A stretch of DNA of 57,537 nucleotides. Origin: an uncultured Verrucomicrobiota bacterium (lineage in GTDB: Bacteria > Verrucomicrobiota > Kiritimatiellia > JAAZAB01). Below, one piece after another: positions 28,023 to 40,400 of the stretch. The position numbers and the translations under genes were made by a program. The stretch is taken from NCBI GenBank assembly GCA_964491945.1, contig CAZBHO010000012.1:1-57537 (forward strand). Direction: 5' to 3'. The notes beneath the pieces were generated by a model. That model made no database searches. It was not told the origin of the DNA and saw only the letters and a list, made by a program, of their open reading frames with translations. Numbering within the stretch: the first letter of the stretch is position 1; each line of letters begins with the position of its first letter.

Positions 28023-31000
28023 ATGGAAGAAACAGAGCAATCAGGTCAATGTGGTTTTGATTTAAGATATTCGTTGCCAGTCAAGCAAGGGCTATATGAT
28101 CCTTCGCTTGAGCGGGATTCGTGTGGTGTAGGCTGCATTGCAAACCTGAATGGGGAACCATCCCACTCTATAGTTGAGAGTTCTATAGATGTTTTGTGCC
28201 GATTGCTGCATCGCGGAGCAAAAGGTGGCGATGAGAATACAGGCGATGGTGCTGGCATCTTGACGCAGATTCCAGACGAATTTTTTCGTTCAATATATTC
28301 TGACTTACCGCAAAAAGGTGAATATGCCGTTGGTGTTTTTTTTCTGCCAAAGATAGAACAGGAAAGGCAACGATCGGTGGAGTTAATTGAATCAACAGCA
28401 GCAGATTCAGGTTTTGTTGTTCTTCATTGGCGTGCAGTGCCTGTGTTTTCAGAAAAGCTTGGGGAAAAAGCCCGTGCGGAAGAGCCAGTTATAATGCAGG
28501 CTTTCTTTGTTCAAAAAGGGAATAGAAACATATCAGAACACTTTGAAGTTAAACTTTTTATTCTGCGCAAAAAAATTGAAAATAGTATTCTTAAGCTTTG
28601 CCCAAGAATAGATGGCATATTCTATATTCCCAGCTTATCTTCACAAACAATAGTTTACAAAGGCCTGATGATGGCAACACAGTTAAAGCAATACTATCCA
28701 GACCTTAACAATCCTCTATTTAAAACTGCTCTGGCAATAATTCACCAACGCTATAGCACAAATACATTCCCCACGTGGCAACTTGCCCAGCCTTTCAGAA
28801 TGCTTGCCCATAATGGAGAAATAAACACACTGCGCGGCAACATAGGGCAAATGCGAGCAAGAGAACGCAGAATGTCTTTAGAAAAACTCGCAAAAGATAT
28901 TTCGGCAGAAGATATTATCCCCATAATTCAGGAAGGCGGCAGCGATTCCGCAGCTCTTGATAATGCGCTTGAGCTCCTTGTAATGGCAGGTAGAGATCTG
29001 CCACATGCAATGATGATGCTAATTCCTGAAGCGTGGGGACAAAAATATCCAATAGGTCCAGACTTGAAAGGCTTCTTTGAATTCCATTCAGGGTTAATGG
29101 AACCGTGGGATGGGCCAGCAGCAGTTGTTTTTTCCAACGGCACGCAAATAGGGGCTTTATTAGACCGCAATGGATTGCGTCCAGCACGATACACTCTCAC
29201 TAATGACGGCTTATTTATAATGGCTTCTGAGGCAGGTGTGATTGATATTGAGCCTGCAAATATTGCAGAAAAAGGTGCATTACGGCCGGGACAAATCATT
29301 ATTGCTGACCTTGCAAAAAAACGCCTTTTAAAAAACAATGAAGTTAAAGCCCTATACTCCAGGAGACAGCCTTATCGCCGCTGGGTGGAAGAAAATAGAA
29401 TTTCTTTGCATGGCTTCTTTGATGCAGTCTCTCCTGTTACTCCGGATGAAAGCACGCTTTTTAAGCGAGCAAAATTATTCGGATATACGAGAGAAGATTT
29501 AAGGACAATTCTTGAGCCAATGGCTGTAAAAGGCAATGAACCTGTCGGTTCTATGGGCGCAGACACGCCTCTTGCAGTATTTTCAGAAAAACCGCAGCTT
29601 CTTTATAACTATTTCAGACAGCTCTTTGCTCAGGTAACAAATCCGCCGATAGACCCTATAAGGGAAGAATTGGTTATGTCCTTAATGACCTTTATGGGCA
29701 ACTCGCCAGATATCCTTTTGGAATATCCGCAGCAAGCCCATCTTATAAAATTGCGTCATCCAGTGCTATCAAATGATGATTTGAGTATCTTGCGCAATAT
29801 GCAAAAGAAAGGGTTCGGTCAGGCGACGATAGATATTTTATTTTCTGCAGAAGGAGGAGCTAATACTCTTGAAGAAGCGCTAGAGAACATTTGTGAAAAA
29901 GCTGAAGCAGCAATTCAAGAAGGCGCAAAACTCATAATTTTAAGCGATAAGCAAGCAGATGAAAACAACGTGCCTATACCAGCGCTTCTGGCAGTTTCAG
30001 CATTAAACCAGTATCTTATCCGCAAGGGATTAAGAACATCAGCTGCCATAATAGCCGAAACAGGTGAAGCACGGGAAGTTATGCATCTTGCTCTTCTGCT
30101 AGGCTACGGAGCAACTACCGTAAATCCATATCTTGCCTTTGAAATAGTTGCACACATGGCTTTAAATGGAGATCTATCATCCAACATCAATGTGACAACT
30201 GCCATTGATAACTATATCCATGCGCTGTGCAAAGGGTTGTTAAAAATAATGTCAAAAATGGGCATCTCAACTTTACGCAGCTATAGAGGAGCTCAGGTGT
30301 TTGAAGCTATAGGACTTTCCCATGAGTTGGTGGATAAGTATTTTACTGGCACAAGCTCAAGAATCGGTGGAATAGGCCTTAACGAAATTGCGCTTGAAGT
30401 CTTAAATAGATGCAAAGAGCTTAAAAATAGTTCTCTCTTGTCGTTTGGTGGCAAATACCAATATCGCCGTGATGGCGAAAGACACCTTTGGAGCCCAGAA
30501 GCAATTGCAAAACTTCAACAGGCAGTTAGAACAAATTCTAACAAGCTTTATTGTGAATATGCTGAGTTAATTAATAATCAGACCGAAAAATTAAGTACCA
30601 TTCGTGGGGCATTTAGCTTCAAGAAAACCAATGCCATTCCAATTGAAGAAGTTGAAAGCGCAGAATCAATCATCAAAAGGTTCGTAACAGGAGCGATGTC
30701 TTTTGGTTCATTAAGCCCAGAAGCTCACTACACAATTGCAGAAGCAATGAATAGGCTCGGTGCAAAGAGTAATAGCGGAGAAGGTGGAGAAGATGCTTCA
30801 AGATATAAGCCCACACCTGATGGCAAAAACTTCTGTAGCGCTGTAAAACAGGTTGCCAGCGGAAGATTTGGTGTAACTGCTGAATATCTTGTGAATGCAA
30901 AAGAGCTGCAAATAAAAATAGCGCAGGGCGCAAAGCCGGGTGAAGGTGGTCAGCTGCCAGGACACAAAGTTAACGCAACAATAGCAAAAGTTCGCCATTC

Positions 31001-32579
31001 AATTCCGGGCGTAACTTTAATTTCACCGCCACCACATCACGATATTTATTCAATAGAAGATCTTTCACAACTCATTTACGATCTAAAATGCGTTAATCCA
31101 GATGCGCAGGTTTCTGTAAAACTTGTATCAGAACTTGGCGTTGGCACAATAGCCGCCGGTGTTGCAAAAGGAGGAGCTGATATTATTCTTATAAGTGGCG
31201 CAGATGGTGGTACTGGCGCTTCACCGCTTTCCTCAATTCATTATGCAGGAATGCCCTGGGAACTAGGGCTGGCAGAAACTCACCAAACCTTGCTCATTAA
31301 TGGCTTAAGAGATAAAGTCCGATTGCAAACTGATGGACAACTTAAAACAGGCAGAGACGTCCTTATCGCAGCAATGCTAGGTGCTGATGAATTTGGCTTT
31401 GCAACAACAGCGCTTGTATCTTTAGGATGTGTGATGATGCGCAAATGCCATCAAAACACCTGCCCTGTTGGTGTGGCAACGCAGGATCCTGAATTACGTA
31501 AGCGCTTTGCTGGCAAACCTGAACATCTAATTAACTTTTTCAAATTCATTGCAGAGGAAGTGCGCCAGCTTCTTGCAACGTTAGGATTGCGATCGCTGGA
31601 TGAGGCTATTGGCAGAGTCGATTTACTTGAACAAAATAAAGACATAACTTTCTGGAAAGCGCAAAACATAGATCTTTCTCCTCTTTTTTATAAACCACCA
31701 GTCTCTTTCCCTACAGCACAAAATAGAACAATCCCAAAAATTAGAGGAACTGCTTTTGATCTGGAAATTATGCCAATGGCTGAAAAAGCTATCTCTTCAC
31801 AAGAAAAAGTAATAATAGAAAGAAGCATCAACAACACAATGCGAACTATAGGCGCAACTATAGCAGGCAAAATTGCAAAAATTTATGGCAGCAAAGGATT
31901 AAAAGAGGATAGCATAATTTTAAAACTGAAAGGCGCTGCAGGTCAGAGTTTTGGAGCATTTGCAACAAAAGGAATGAGTATTATATTGGAAGGCGAAGCC
32001 AATGACTATGTTGGCAAGGCACTCTCTGGCGGCAAAATAATTATATATCCATATAGAGGCATCAAGAAGCATCTTTCTCAAAATGTAATTGCTGGCAACA
32101 CTGTACTATACGGTGCAACAGATGGCGAGCTTTATATCGCTGGCAGCGCAGGTGAAAGATTCGCCGTTAGAAATAGCGGTGCTACAGCTGTTGTGGAAGG
32201 AGTTGGTGATCATGGCTGCGAATATATGACAGGTGGTGTAGTGGTTATTCTCGGAGAAACTGGTGTGAACTTTGCCGCTGGAATGAGCGGCGGAATAGCC
32301 TACGTTCTGGATGAACACAGGAAACTTGATCAGCGCAGTAACCTTGAGATGGTTGACCTTGAAAACATATCCGAAGCAGAAGATATAGATTTGCTGTATA
32401 GCCTTATAGCAAAACATTTCAATTACACTCAAAGCCCAAGAGCCAAAGAAATTTTGGAAAATTGGAACGCTTTTCTGCCACTATTCGTGAAAGTCTTCCC
32501 AATGGAATACCGTAAGGCTCTGGGCAAGATGATTAAAGAAGATGAAAAGGTGCAAAGAGAGGAGCCAACTCATGCCTGA
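28023..32579 (+). CDS. gltB: Glutamate synthase large subunit
   Basis: 1518 aa with an Ntn amidotransferase Cys (DSCGVGCIA), an FMN/3Fe-4S central domain (CHQNTCPVGVATQ) and a C-terminal GXGXG beta-helix region. Confidence 0.95.
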   Translation: MEETEQSGQCGFDLRYSLPVKQGLYDPSLERDSCGVGCIANLNGEPSHSIVESSIDVLCRLLHRGAKGGDENTGDGAGILTQIPDEFFRSIYSDLPQKGEYAVGVFFLPKIEQERQRSVELIESTAADSGFVVLHWRAVPVFSEKLGEKARAEEPVIMQAFFVQKGNRNISEHFEVKLFILRKKIENSILKLCPRIDGIFYIPSLSSQTIVYKGLMMATQLKQYYPDLNNPLFKTALAIIHQRYSTNTFPTWQLAQPFRMLAHNGEINTLRGNIGQMRARERRMSLEKLAKDISAEDIIPIIQEGGSDSAALDNALELLVMAGRDLPHAMMMLIPEAWGQKYPIGPDLKGFFEFHSGLMEPWDGPAAVVFSNGTQIGALLDRNGLRPARYTLTNDGLFIMASEAGVIDIEPANIAEKGALRPGQIIIADLAKKRLLKNNEVKALYSRRQPYRRWVEENRISLHGFFDAVSPVTPDESTLFKRAKLFGYTREDLRTILEPMAVKGNEPVGSMGADTPLAVFSEKPQLLYNYFRQLFAQVTNPPIDPIREELVMSLMTFMGNSPDILLEYPQQAHLIKLRHPVLSNDDLSILRNMQKKGFGQATIDILFSAEGGANTLEEALENICEKAEAAIQEGAKLIILSDKQADENNVPIPALLAVSALNQYLIRKGLRTSAAIIAETGEAREVMHLALLLGYGATTVNPYLAFEIVAHMALNGDLSSNINVTTAIDNYIHALCKGLLKIMSKMGISTLRSYRGAQVFEAIGLSHELVDKYFTGTSSRIGGIGLNEIALEVLNRCKELKNSSLLSFGGKYQYRRDGERHLWSPEAIAKLQQAVRTNSNKLYCEYAELINNQTEKLSTIRGAFSFKKTNAIPIEEVESAESIIKRFVTGAMSFGSLSPEAHYTIAEAMNRLGAKSNSGEGGEDASRYKPTPDGKNFCSAVKQVASGRFGVTAEYLVNAKELQIKIAQGAKPGEGGQLPGHKVNATIAKVRHSIPGVTLISPPPHHDIYSIEDLSQLIYDLKCVNPDAQVSVKLVSELGVGTIAAGVAKGGADIILISGADGGTGASPLSSIHYAGMPWELGLAETHQTLLINGLRDKVRLQTDGQLKTGRDVLIAAMLGADEFGFATTALVSLGCVMMRKCHQNTCPVGVATQDPELRKRFAGKPEHLINFFKFIAEEVRQLLATLGLRSLDEAIGRVDLLEQNKDITFWKAQNIDLSPLFYKPPVSFPTAQNRTIPKIRGTAFDLEIMPMAEKAISSQEKVIIERSINNTMRTIGATIAGKIAKIYGSKGLKEDSIILKLKGAAGQSFGAFATKGMSIILEGEANDYVGKALSGGKIIIYPYRGIKKHLSQNVIAGNTVLYGATDGELYIAGSAGERFAVRNSGATAVVEGVGDHGCEYMTGGVVVILGETGVNFAAGMSGGIAYVLDEHRKLDQRSNLEMVDLENISEAEDIDLLYSLIAKHFNYTQSPRAKEILENWNAFLPLFVKVFPMEYRKALGKMIKEDEKVQREEPTHA

Positions 32580-34008
32580 CAAAGAAAGAGCTTTTCTTGA
32601 ATATAAGAGAGTTGAGCCAGGCTACCGCCCAGTTGAAGAACGTACCAAAGATTTTAAAGCGGTGGAACAAACCCTTTCTAATGAAGAAATACATAAGCAG
32701 GCAGCACGCTGTATGAATTGCGGCACACCATTCTGCCACGCCTGTGGTTGTCCGCTCCAAAACAACATTCCTGAAATAAACGAACTCGTCTATAGAGGCA
32801 AATGGAAAGAAGCCGCAGAGATCCTATTTTCAACAAGCAATTTTCCAGAGTTTACTGCAAGAATTTGCCCTGCTCTCTGCGAAGGTTCCTGCGTGCTTGG
32901 AATAAATGACGAGCCTGTAAGCATAAGGCAACTAGAACTGGCAGTGATAGAAACCGCATTTAAAGAAGGCTTTGTTAAACCAGAACCACCAGCAAAGAGA
33001 TTGCCATTTAAGGTGGCAATTAGCGGAAGCGGCCCGGCAGGACTGGCAGCTGCCGATTGTCTGAATAATGCTGGATGCTCTGTCACCATTTTTGATGCAG
33101 ATCCTAAACCGGGTGGCATCCTGCGCTACGGAATCCCTGATTTTAAACTGGAAAAATGGGTTATTGATAGAAGAATAGAAATTATGAAACAGGAAGGGAT
33201 CATCTTTGAAATGAATGCCGCAATGGGAGATGATATATCCGCCAGATTCCTGAAGAGCAGATTTGACGCTATATGCCTTGCTGGTGGCGCCAGAGAACCA
33301 CGTGACCTGAAAATTCCCGGACGCAACCTACAAAATATCTATTTTGCCCTTCCATATCTCATTCAGCAAAACAAGCGAGTTGCTGGCGAACCTATTAATG
33401 AAGAAGAAATTTACGCTGCTGGCAAAAAAGTCCTGGTAATTGGTGGCGGTGATACAGGAAGCGATTGCATAGGCACCGCAATCAGGCAAGGCGCTTTATC
33501 TATCTTGCAGGTTGAGCTTTTGCCAAAACCACCTGCAGAACGAGCCAGCTACACACCATGGCCACACTGGCCTGTTAAATTACGATATTCCAGCAGCCAT
33601 CTTGAAGGTGGCGAAAGGAAATGGAGCATAATCACAAAAGAATTTATTGGAAAAGATGGCAAGGTTTCTGCGGCAAAAATGGCAGAAGTTAACTGGGAAA
33701 CGGACGAAACAGGAAAGCCTGTTTCGTTTAAAGAGAAGGCTGGCTCTGATTTTGTTGTGGAAACAGACCTCGTGCTTCTGGCCCTTGGCTTTATTGGACC
33801 AAAGCACACAAAACTCATAGAAGATTTAGGCGTAACCTTCAACGAAAAAGGCACTATTACTACCAATAAAAACTCTATGACATCCGTCCCCGGTGTTTTT
33901 GTGGCTGGTGATATGGCACAGGGTGCAACACTGGTTGTTCGAGCAATCGCTGATGGCAGAGCCGCAGCTCAAGGTATCTTACGCTATCTATTAAATAAAA
34001 CCACTTGA
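32572..34008 (+). CDS. gltD: Glutamate synthase small (NADPH) subunit
   Basis: CMNCGTPFCH and CPALCEGSC Fe-S motifs and a VAISGSGPAGLAAA dinucleotide fold. The ATG at 32572 follows GAGGAG and overlaps the gltB stop by 8 nt. Confidence 0.9.
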   Translation: MPDKERAFLEYKRVEPGYRPVEERTKDFKAVEQTLSNEEIHKQAARCMNCGTPFCHACGCPLQNNIPEINELVYRGKWKEAAEILFSTSNFPEFTARICPALCEGSCVLGINDEPVSIRQLELAVIETAFKEGFVKPEPPAKRLPFKVAISGSGPAGLAAADCLNNAGCSVTIFDADPKPGGILRYGIPDFKLEKWVIDRRIEIMKQEGIIFEMNAAMGDDISARFLKSRFDAICLAGGAREPRDLKIPGRNLQNIYFALPYLIQQNKRVAGEPINEEEIYAAGKKVLVIGGGDTGSDCIGTAIRQGALSILQVELLPKPPAERASYTPWPHWPVKLRYSSSHLEGGERKWSIITKEFIGKDGKVSAAKMAEVNWETDETGKPVSFKEKAGSDFVVETDLVLLALGFIGPKHTKLIEDLGVTFNEKGTITTNKNSMTSVPGVFVAGDMAQGATLVVRAIADGRAAAQGILRYLLNKTT

Positions 34009-34250
34009 TTAACCAATCAGCACTTTATTCCACAATAACACCAAGGTAGTTATTAAAAAATCACAAGACAATTATCTCAAAATCCTTCGGAAATAAATGT
34101 AACAAAATGTGGCAGAAATGTTTCATAACGTAACAGATAGGTTTTTTTGATATTTTTTTAATTTGCTCATTTTTGAAAAAATAACACCCCCACAAAACTT
34201 GTGAAGACCAAGTTCTTCCCCCTTAAACACCCAAACCTTACCCCGCTGGC

Positions 34251-34275
34251 AAAAAATGTTGGTGTCAGACACCAA
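34251..34275 (-). terminator. Probable rho-independent terminator of the addBA operon
   Basis: A perfect palindrome TTGGTGTC-A-GACACCAA at 34259-34275 is followed on the minus strand by CATTTTTTG. It lies 77 nt downstream of the addA stop. Confidence 0.5.
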
Positions 34276-34351
34276 GAAAGTCATAAAGGAAAAATTTGTC
34301 ACAACTCTCTCTGTCACATCCCCTATAACACACATGAAGCGCCATAGAAAC

Positions 34352-37300
34352 CTATTTAATTTCTAATAGCTTGCCAAGATGCGTAAACACAAGAAATGTA
34401 GATATAACATCATTTTTTATGCCAAGGATTTTGGCTACTGCCTCCCTATAATTGAGCAATTGTTTCCTGTAAGAATCTACTCTTTTTGCCATTTCCTCTT
34501 CAGTTATCTTATCACTCTTGAAGTCATAGATAATCACTCTGCATATTTGCCCGCTGCCATCCCGCTCTATATGCACCCTATCAAAAATACCAGATACGAG
34601 CACCTGTTCTTGATCCTTAACAAAACAAAATGCTTTTTCACGCCAAACAATACAATCGGTATTTGGCTTACTGAAAATTTTCCTTGTTTCTTCAGAGTTA
34701 ATAATGTTTTCAAATTGTGTTTCTATCTCTCCAAAAGCATTGGCAGAAGTTTCAAAGCTTTTTTTCCAATCTTCAAGAATTTCTTCCAAAGACTTATCTT
34801 GTTCCAACCACTCTATTCTAGAAAGCAAATTATGGATTGCTGTGCCAAAATCCAGTGCATCACTATACCTTTTTTCAAACAATCTTGCAATTGAATCATT
34901 CGAGTTTTCTTTGCTGGAAGGCTCTTCTTTCTTTAGCCTGCTTGCCTTAAATACGATATTAGGTAAATTCGATAATTCTTGTTTATTTTGCTCCTTTTGT
35001 ACCATCTTTTTAAAGTTTTCTTGTTCAAACCAATTTTCATAACCTTCCGACCATACTTTAGTTGCGTTGTTATTTTGAATTGTGTGCTTAGGTTGTGTTT
35101 GCTTGCTGGTGGAGTATCCTCCCGATGATTCCTTATTTTCATTATTGTGTTGAAGACTAATGTTATTTAAAATGAATTCTGTTATGGATGGGATATTGGA
35201 TCCATTTTTGGCCTTTTTACCTGTTTTAGATTTATTGCTATTGGCATCTCCTTCTATAAGAATATAGAGAGCATACTTAGCTCTCGTTACAGCAACATAT
35301 AAAAGATTAAGTTCTTCTTTAAAATTATCTTTCTCTTCCTGTTTTAATATATTTTTCAGAAAGTCATATTTTTCTGTTATTTCTTTTTTTGGCCATATAA
35401 GAGCCCATTGTGGTTCCATCCTATCAACACATTCATTATTTTTATTCTCTGTGTGCAAATATAGATCTCCACATTGTATTACAGCGCGACGTCTAGTTTT
35501 ATGAAAAGGTAGGACTACCGCATCAAATTCTAAGCCTTTTGCCTGGTGTATTGTGGAAACTAAAACTGCATTTTTTTGTACATCAGTAGCAGGAGTTTCT
35601 GCCTTTTTAAATATGCCAATAAGATCATCTAAATTTGTTATCCCATTCTTTTCTGTATCGAACAAAATCTCTCGGATGTTTTCTATGCGATATTTAGTGT
35701 ATTCATTTAAACTGCCGCTATCTTTAAAGCTTTTAGTAAGCTCTTCTACCCATTCGTTGATAACACTCCAGAGCCCCTCTCTAGCAATTTTTGCAAGCAC
35801 ATCACTAGAAAAATTATATGCTCCGTTGTTATATTTTTGCTCAAACCAACTGGCTAGTGGACTCATATGAATATGATTTTTTGCAGCCTCATCACCAGGA
35901 TGCTGAACCAGTGTAAACATACTAATGAAAAGCGGTACAAGCAAATTATCATCACTTAAGAGAGTATTGCCCTTACCATAAATATGAAACTTCTTGCTTT
36001 GTAATTTTTTTCTCAATGCTCTAGAAAGCTCATCTACCTCTTTATTACTTCTTACAAGAATAGCTATAGATAAATCATCTTTTTTGCTTTTAATTTTATC
36101 AATTATATAAGCACATTCCTTTGCAATCACATCATCATCTTCTTCGCTTGTGTTTACCTCGCTTTCTTCTTCAGTGTGATTCTCAACTATAAGCTTAACC
36201 TCCACGTAGCCACGTTCTTGTGCTACCGGCGATTCAGCTGCACAAGAATGTTTAGTAAAACTCCACATCCAATCAGGATATATATCTTCTTGGTTACCAT
36301 TTTGAGCACCAAAGAGTTTATTGACAAAATTGATAATTTGTTCGGTAGAACGATAAGATTGAGATAACGAGTATGTCTCCAGATTTTTAGGATACCGTTG
36401 TTTAATATAATCCATCAACTCTGGCTTACCGCCCCGCCAACCATATATTGATTGCTTTTTATCTCCAACACAGAAAAAGCTCTTTGTCCCATCGTTATTT
36501 TGTAAAGCTTCATCCACAAAATTCTCTATCACCTTCCATTGGGCTAAACTTGTATCCTGAAATTCATCTATTAACCAATGATTAAGCTGGCAATCCAATC
36601 TGAACATTATTGATTGTATTATTGAGTTTAATTGCTGGCTTTTATTATCGTCATTTTTTAGATCATCACTATTAAACAGGAGGTGTAGCAGGTAGATAAT
36701 ATCATTAAACGTGATGACGTTATATTCTCTAGCCCTACGCAAATATGCATCGTTAAAGTTAGAAATGGTATTTATCAGTGTTTCTGTGTTTTCTGATATC
36801 TCTTCTTGAAAATTAACATCATTAGAACCTGCTTTTTTTTCAAATGCACAATTTGTTAATTCCTGATTTCCACTTTTATTAAAATTATTAAGATCTAATT
36901 CTCTAATGTCATGGTAGCTATTATCAATCCAATCATAAATTTTGCTATATATTCTCTTTACACCTTCAATAGGATGATCAATAATATCTTGCTTTATTTC
37001 CGAGGGTATAGTGTTTTTATTGTTAACTAAAATCTCTTTTAATATATCATTAAGTAATTTCTGATAATAATAACTTGTTTCTTCAACAATAGATAGGTCT
37101 TCTGAAAGCCCCAACTCACTATGTAGCATTCGGAGTACTTCGAATGCCAGACTATCTATAGTGCTGATGTGAAGTTTATGTAGGTTTATTATGAGTTTTT
37201 TTAGAATCTCAAAATTTTTATCATTATCATCCTCAATAAGTCGTTTAAATAATCTATCCGCTATTTCTCTGGCCGCCTTGCGAGAAAATGTAATAGCTAT

Positions 37301-37426
37301 TATGTTAGAGGGTTCTGCATTTTTATCCAGAATTTCTATCATTCTTTTCACAAGCTGATAAGTTTTGCCACTACCTGCTGATGCTTCAATAAGAACGTTT
37401 GGCTTATTCGATTGTGTTTTATTCAT
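34352..37426 (-). CDS. addA: AddA/RecB-type UvrD-family helicase with a C-terminal PD-(D/E)xK nuclease
   Basis: EASAGSGKTY Walker A, IDEFQDTS, VGDKKQSIYGWRGG, SQSYRS, TIHQAKGLEFD and YVAVTRAK helicase motifs. The C-terminal nuclease reads GIFDRV..IIYDFKSD..YRKQLLNY. Confidence 0.8.
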   Translation of the reverse strand: MNKTQSNKPNVLIEASAGSGKTYQLVKRMIEILDKNAEPSNIIAITFSRKAAREIADRLFKRLIEDDNDKNFEILKKLIINLHKLHISTIDSLAFEVLRMLHSELGLSEDLSIVEETSYYYQKLLNDILKEILVNNKNTIPSEIKQDIIDHPIEGVKRIYSKIYDWIDNSYHDIRELDLNNFNKSGNQELTNCAFEKKAGSNDVNFQEEISENTETLINTISNFNDAYLRRAREYNVITFNDIIYLLHLLFNSDDLKNDDNKSQQLNSIIQSIMFRLDCQLNHWLIDEFQDTSLAQWKVIENFVDEALQNNDGTKSFFCVGDKKQSIYGWRGGKPELMDYIKQRYPKNLETYSLSQSYRSTEQIINFVNKLFGAQNGNQEDIYPDWMWSFTKHSCAAESPVAQERGYVEVKLIVENHTEEESEVNTSEEDDDVIAKECAYIIDKIKSKKDDLSIAILVRSNKEVDELSRALRKKLQSKKFHIYGKGNTLLSDDNLLVPLFISMFTLVQHPGDEAAKNHIHMSPLASWFEQKYNNGAYNFSSDVLAKIAREGLWSVINEWVEELTKSFKDSGSLNEYTKYRIENIREILFDTEKNGITNLDDLIGIFKKAETPATDVQKNAVLVSTIHQAKGLEFDAVVLPFHKTRRRAVIQCGDLYLHTENKNNECVDRMEPQWALIWPKKEITEKYDFLKNILKQEEKDNFKEELNLLYVAVTRAKYALYILIEGDANSNKSKTGKKAKNGSNIPSITEFILNNISLQHNNENKESSGGYSTSKQTQPKHTIQNNNATKVWSEGYENWFEQENFKKMVQKEQNKQELSNLPNIVFKASRLKKEEPSSKENSNDSIARLFEKRYSDALDFGTAIHNLLSRIEWLEQDKSLEEILEDWKKSFETSANAFGEIETQFENIINSEETRKIFSKPNTDCIVWREKAFCFVKDQEQVLVSGIFDRVHIERDGSGQICRVIIYDFKSDKITEEEMAKRVDSYRKQLLNYREAVAKILGIKNDVISTFLVFTHLGKLLEIK

Positions 37427-40400
37427 TTTTCACCTTGTGCCCATTTTAAAAAATTATCACTCAAAAAATCCTGCTCTTTAAATTCTTCTCGTAAAACTTT
37501 TGGGAAAACTCTATCAAACAAATCATCGTTGTGTGTTGGTTCTCCTATCGGCAAGAATTTGTGTTTTTTGATACATTCAAGAATTGTTGCAGCCGCACTA
37601 TTAGCAGAATCAAGAATAGTTTCACTTATAACACCTGAATTAGGATCTTGTTTTTTACGAGATTCTTTCCAAGGCCTCCATTCAGCTGAAGCATTATCGC
37701 TTGTTAAAAAGATATATCCTGCTTCAATTTTAAATTTACTACTTTTGCAATCAACTCCATCAAAAAGGGTTGGATCCTTTCGAATAGCATCTTTTATGGC
37801 AAGCACATATAAGGGCAATTGTAAATCGTTCCATTGATAAAATGTTGAATTGATAGTAAAGTATTTAAAGTCTTTACAAGGCTCTTCTTGCGATTTTTCA
37901 GAATATATATTTCTCTTTTTAGTAGTTATATGGGCTGAAAATGGATTGTTTATCTGTTCGGTAACTTTATAATCAATAATTCTAATGGCATTATTCTGTG
38001 TATTACAATCGATGCGATCTATTCTGCAAACTATTTCTTCCTGTGAATTATCGGAAAGAGGAAGCAAAAACTTATACTTAAATTCCGTGTTGCAAATTTT
38101 CCATCCATCTTGCACAAAACTTTGTTGCATTTCCCATACCTTTCCTATCATCTTTAAGGCAAGTTTTTTCTGATATACCAACGGGAATGGTAGGTTCGCT
38201 TCTTTACCATATAAAGCAGTAAACTTTTCTTCCAATTTCTTCTCAAGAGCTGATGCTGAAATGCTTGATCGATCTTTAAGTTCCCTTAAAACCCCATGTA
38301 GCAATGTTCCAAACATTGCCTCATCAAGTTCCAGTTTATCATAATCAGTTGATTGAGAACCTACAACGTGTTTTAAGAAATACAAAAAAGGAGAAGTTAA
38401 ATAATCTTTAAATTCTGAAACAGCAAAGCCATGCTCTCGCTTTTTTTGCAGCCATTCTTCAAAATTGAACATTGAGTTATCAATCTTAAAATCAACCTCT
38501 ATTTTAGGCTCTTGCCTTACAGCAGAGATTTTCACAAAGAAATCTTCAACCCGCCCTTTTAAACGATCAGCGCTATCTCCAATGAATAAAAGTCGTGAAG
38601 GCATTCTTGGTTCCGTGTTCTGGGAAGAACGTGAAGCAAATAGCAGCACCCGTACCTTTTCCTTTTGCTCTTCGTTCTCCCGAGCTCCATTCTTACGAGC
38701 TACTATGTTGGAATATAAAAGATAGGCATCTCTAGCAAAGCGTGAATCATTATCTTGAAGCCCAAGCTTCTTTCTTAGCGAATCTGGCAGGAAATTATGC
38801 TCAACTATATTTTCTGGAACAATCCCTTCATTCATTCCCGCTATAATAAGTATGGGCTCCTTAAGCCAGCCTGCTTCTAACCAACCATATAAATCCTTTA
38901 CATTTTTCCTGTCAGGCGCCGTAGGCTCAAAGGAAGCGTTCAATAACAAACTCTCTAAAAAGGCTATTTGTAGAGCATCATTGTTTATATCTAACTTTTC
39001 TACACTTTGTATGATTTTAACTATTTCTTCGGCAACTTTTTCATCTTCCGAAGTAATTAAGTTCTTTGCTTTATCCAAAATAACAGCCAGTGTTTTTCTA
39101 TAACGGTCCAGAAAACTTCCTTGTTGGTTAATAAATCCGTCAAAATCGTAAAAAACTTTTACAATTTCTTTCGTAAGCTTATCTTTGCAATTACAAGAAT
39201 AATCTGTTGAACTAAACCTATCTATACATTCTTTTAAAGCAGTAAAATTAGTAGGCAAATGTTCCGCTTTTATTTGATCCAGCAAGCCAATAACTTTTTG
39301 TGGCTCAATTTTGAATTCCTCGCCAATCCACTTGAGCACAAAAACGTTTCTTAATAATTTGCCAAACTCTGCAACGTCCTGTTCTTTAAAGAAATTTATT
39401 AATTCTAAAGCTAACTGTCCAAGTGGATTCTTCCATAACGGCTGTTTAGCAGGGTCAAACGCACAAAGCCCCTTTGAAGCAAGTTTATCCTTAAGAAAAG
39501 GGATTACTTCCCTATCAGGCACACAAAATGCAATGGCATCAAAATTTTTGTCATTAGGTTGGGTTTGGCTTAAAATTTCATCTATTTTATTAGCTATGTC
39601 AATTGGACGCTCCACAAAAATCACTCCTACATTATTATGCTCAAAAAGTTGTATTTGTTTGCCATTTTCTCCCATTAGCTTTGATATATTCCACTCTTCC
39701 CGCTTTGGCCTACCCCAGCAATCAAAAAAATCTTTTATTTCTTTATCAGCACATATCCAGATCTCAACTGCTATACCTTGATTCGCAAGTTTCTCTACTG
39801 CATTTATTGCCAGCGGCACAGGATCCGGTGTTGCTGCAAAAATTATCCTGTTTATTCCTTCTGGCAAAATAGGCTTTTGAGCCACTTCCAGCATAAGATT
39901 TGCAGGATCATAGCATCCTGTCTCTCTAATAGTGTTTAAATATTCCTTTTCTAATTGTTGTAAAACCTCCCATCTATCTACCTCTGTGGCATAATTATCT
40001 TTCATAGTTTTGACAACTTCTGAAATTGTTTTGCCACCATTGGCAAGAGTTATCCTTATCTCTTGAATCATTTGAGCCTTATCAAGAAGCCACTTATCAT
40101 TGTTGCAGTAGTTATCAAAATTATGGAAAAGCTTTTTTATATCATCCGGATGCTCCTTAAAAATTAATAACGATAGTCGCCATGCATTCAACACAAAAGC
40201 GTCATCCGCTAGTTTGGCATCTTTCCCTCCACTGAAAAGCTTCCATGCCATAGCAGGAGTAGTAATTAATGGCAACAAAAGCCCTCTGCCTTGTGTATTT
40301 TTTGCTAACTCTTCTTTGAGCCTTCTGCCCGAATCCGCTGAAGGCACTATAACCATAAGATTAGATAAATCAATAAAGGCTGATTGCCCTTTAGAATTGT

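Noticed and set aside
34123-34335. 70-aa minus-strand ORF between gltD and addA
   Set aside because: It overlaps the predicted addBA terminator palindrome (34259-34275) and has no recognisable features. It is probably non-coding.
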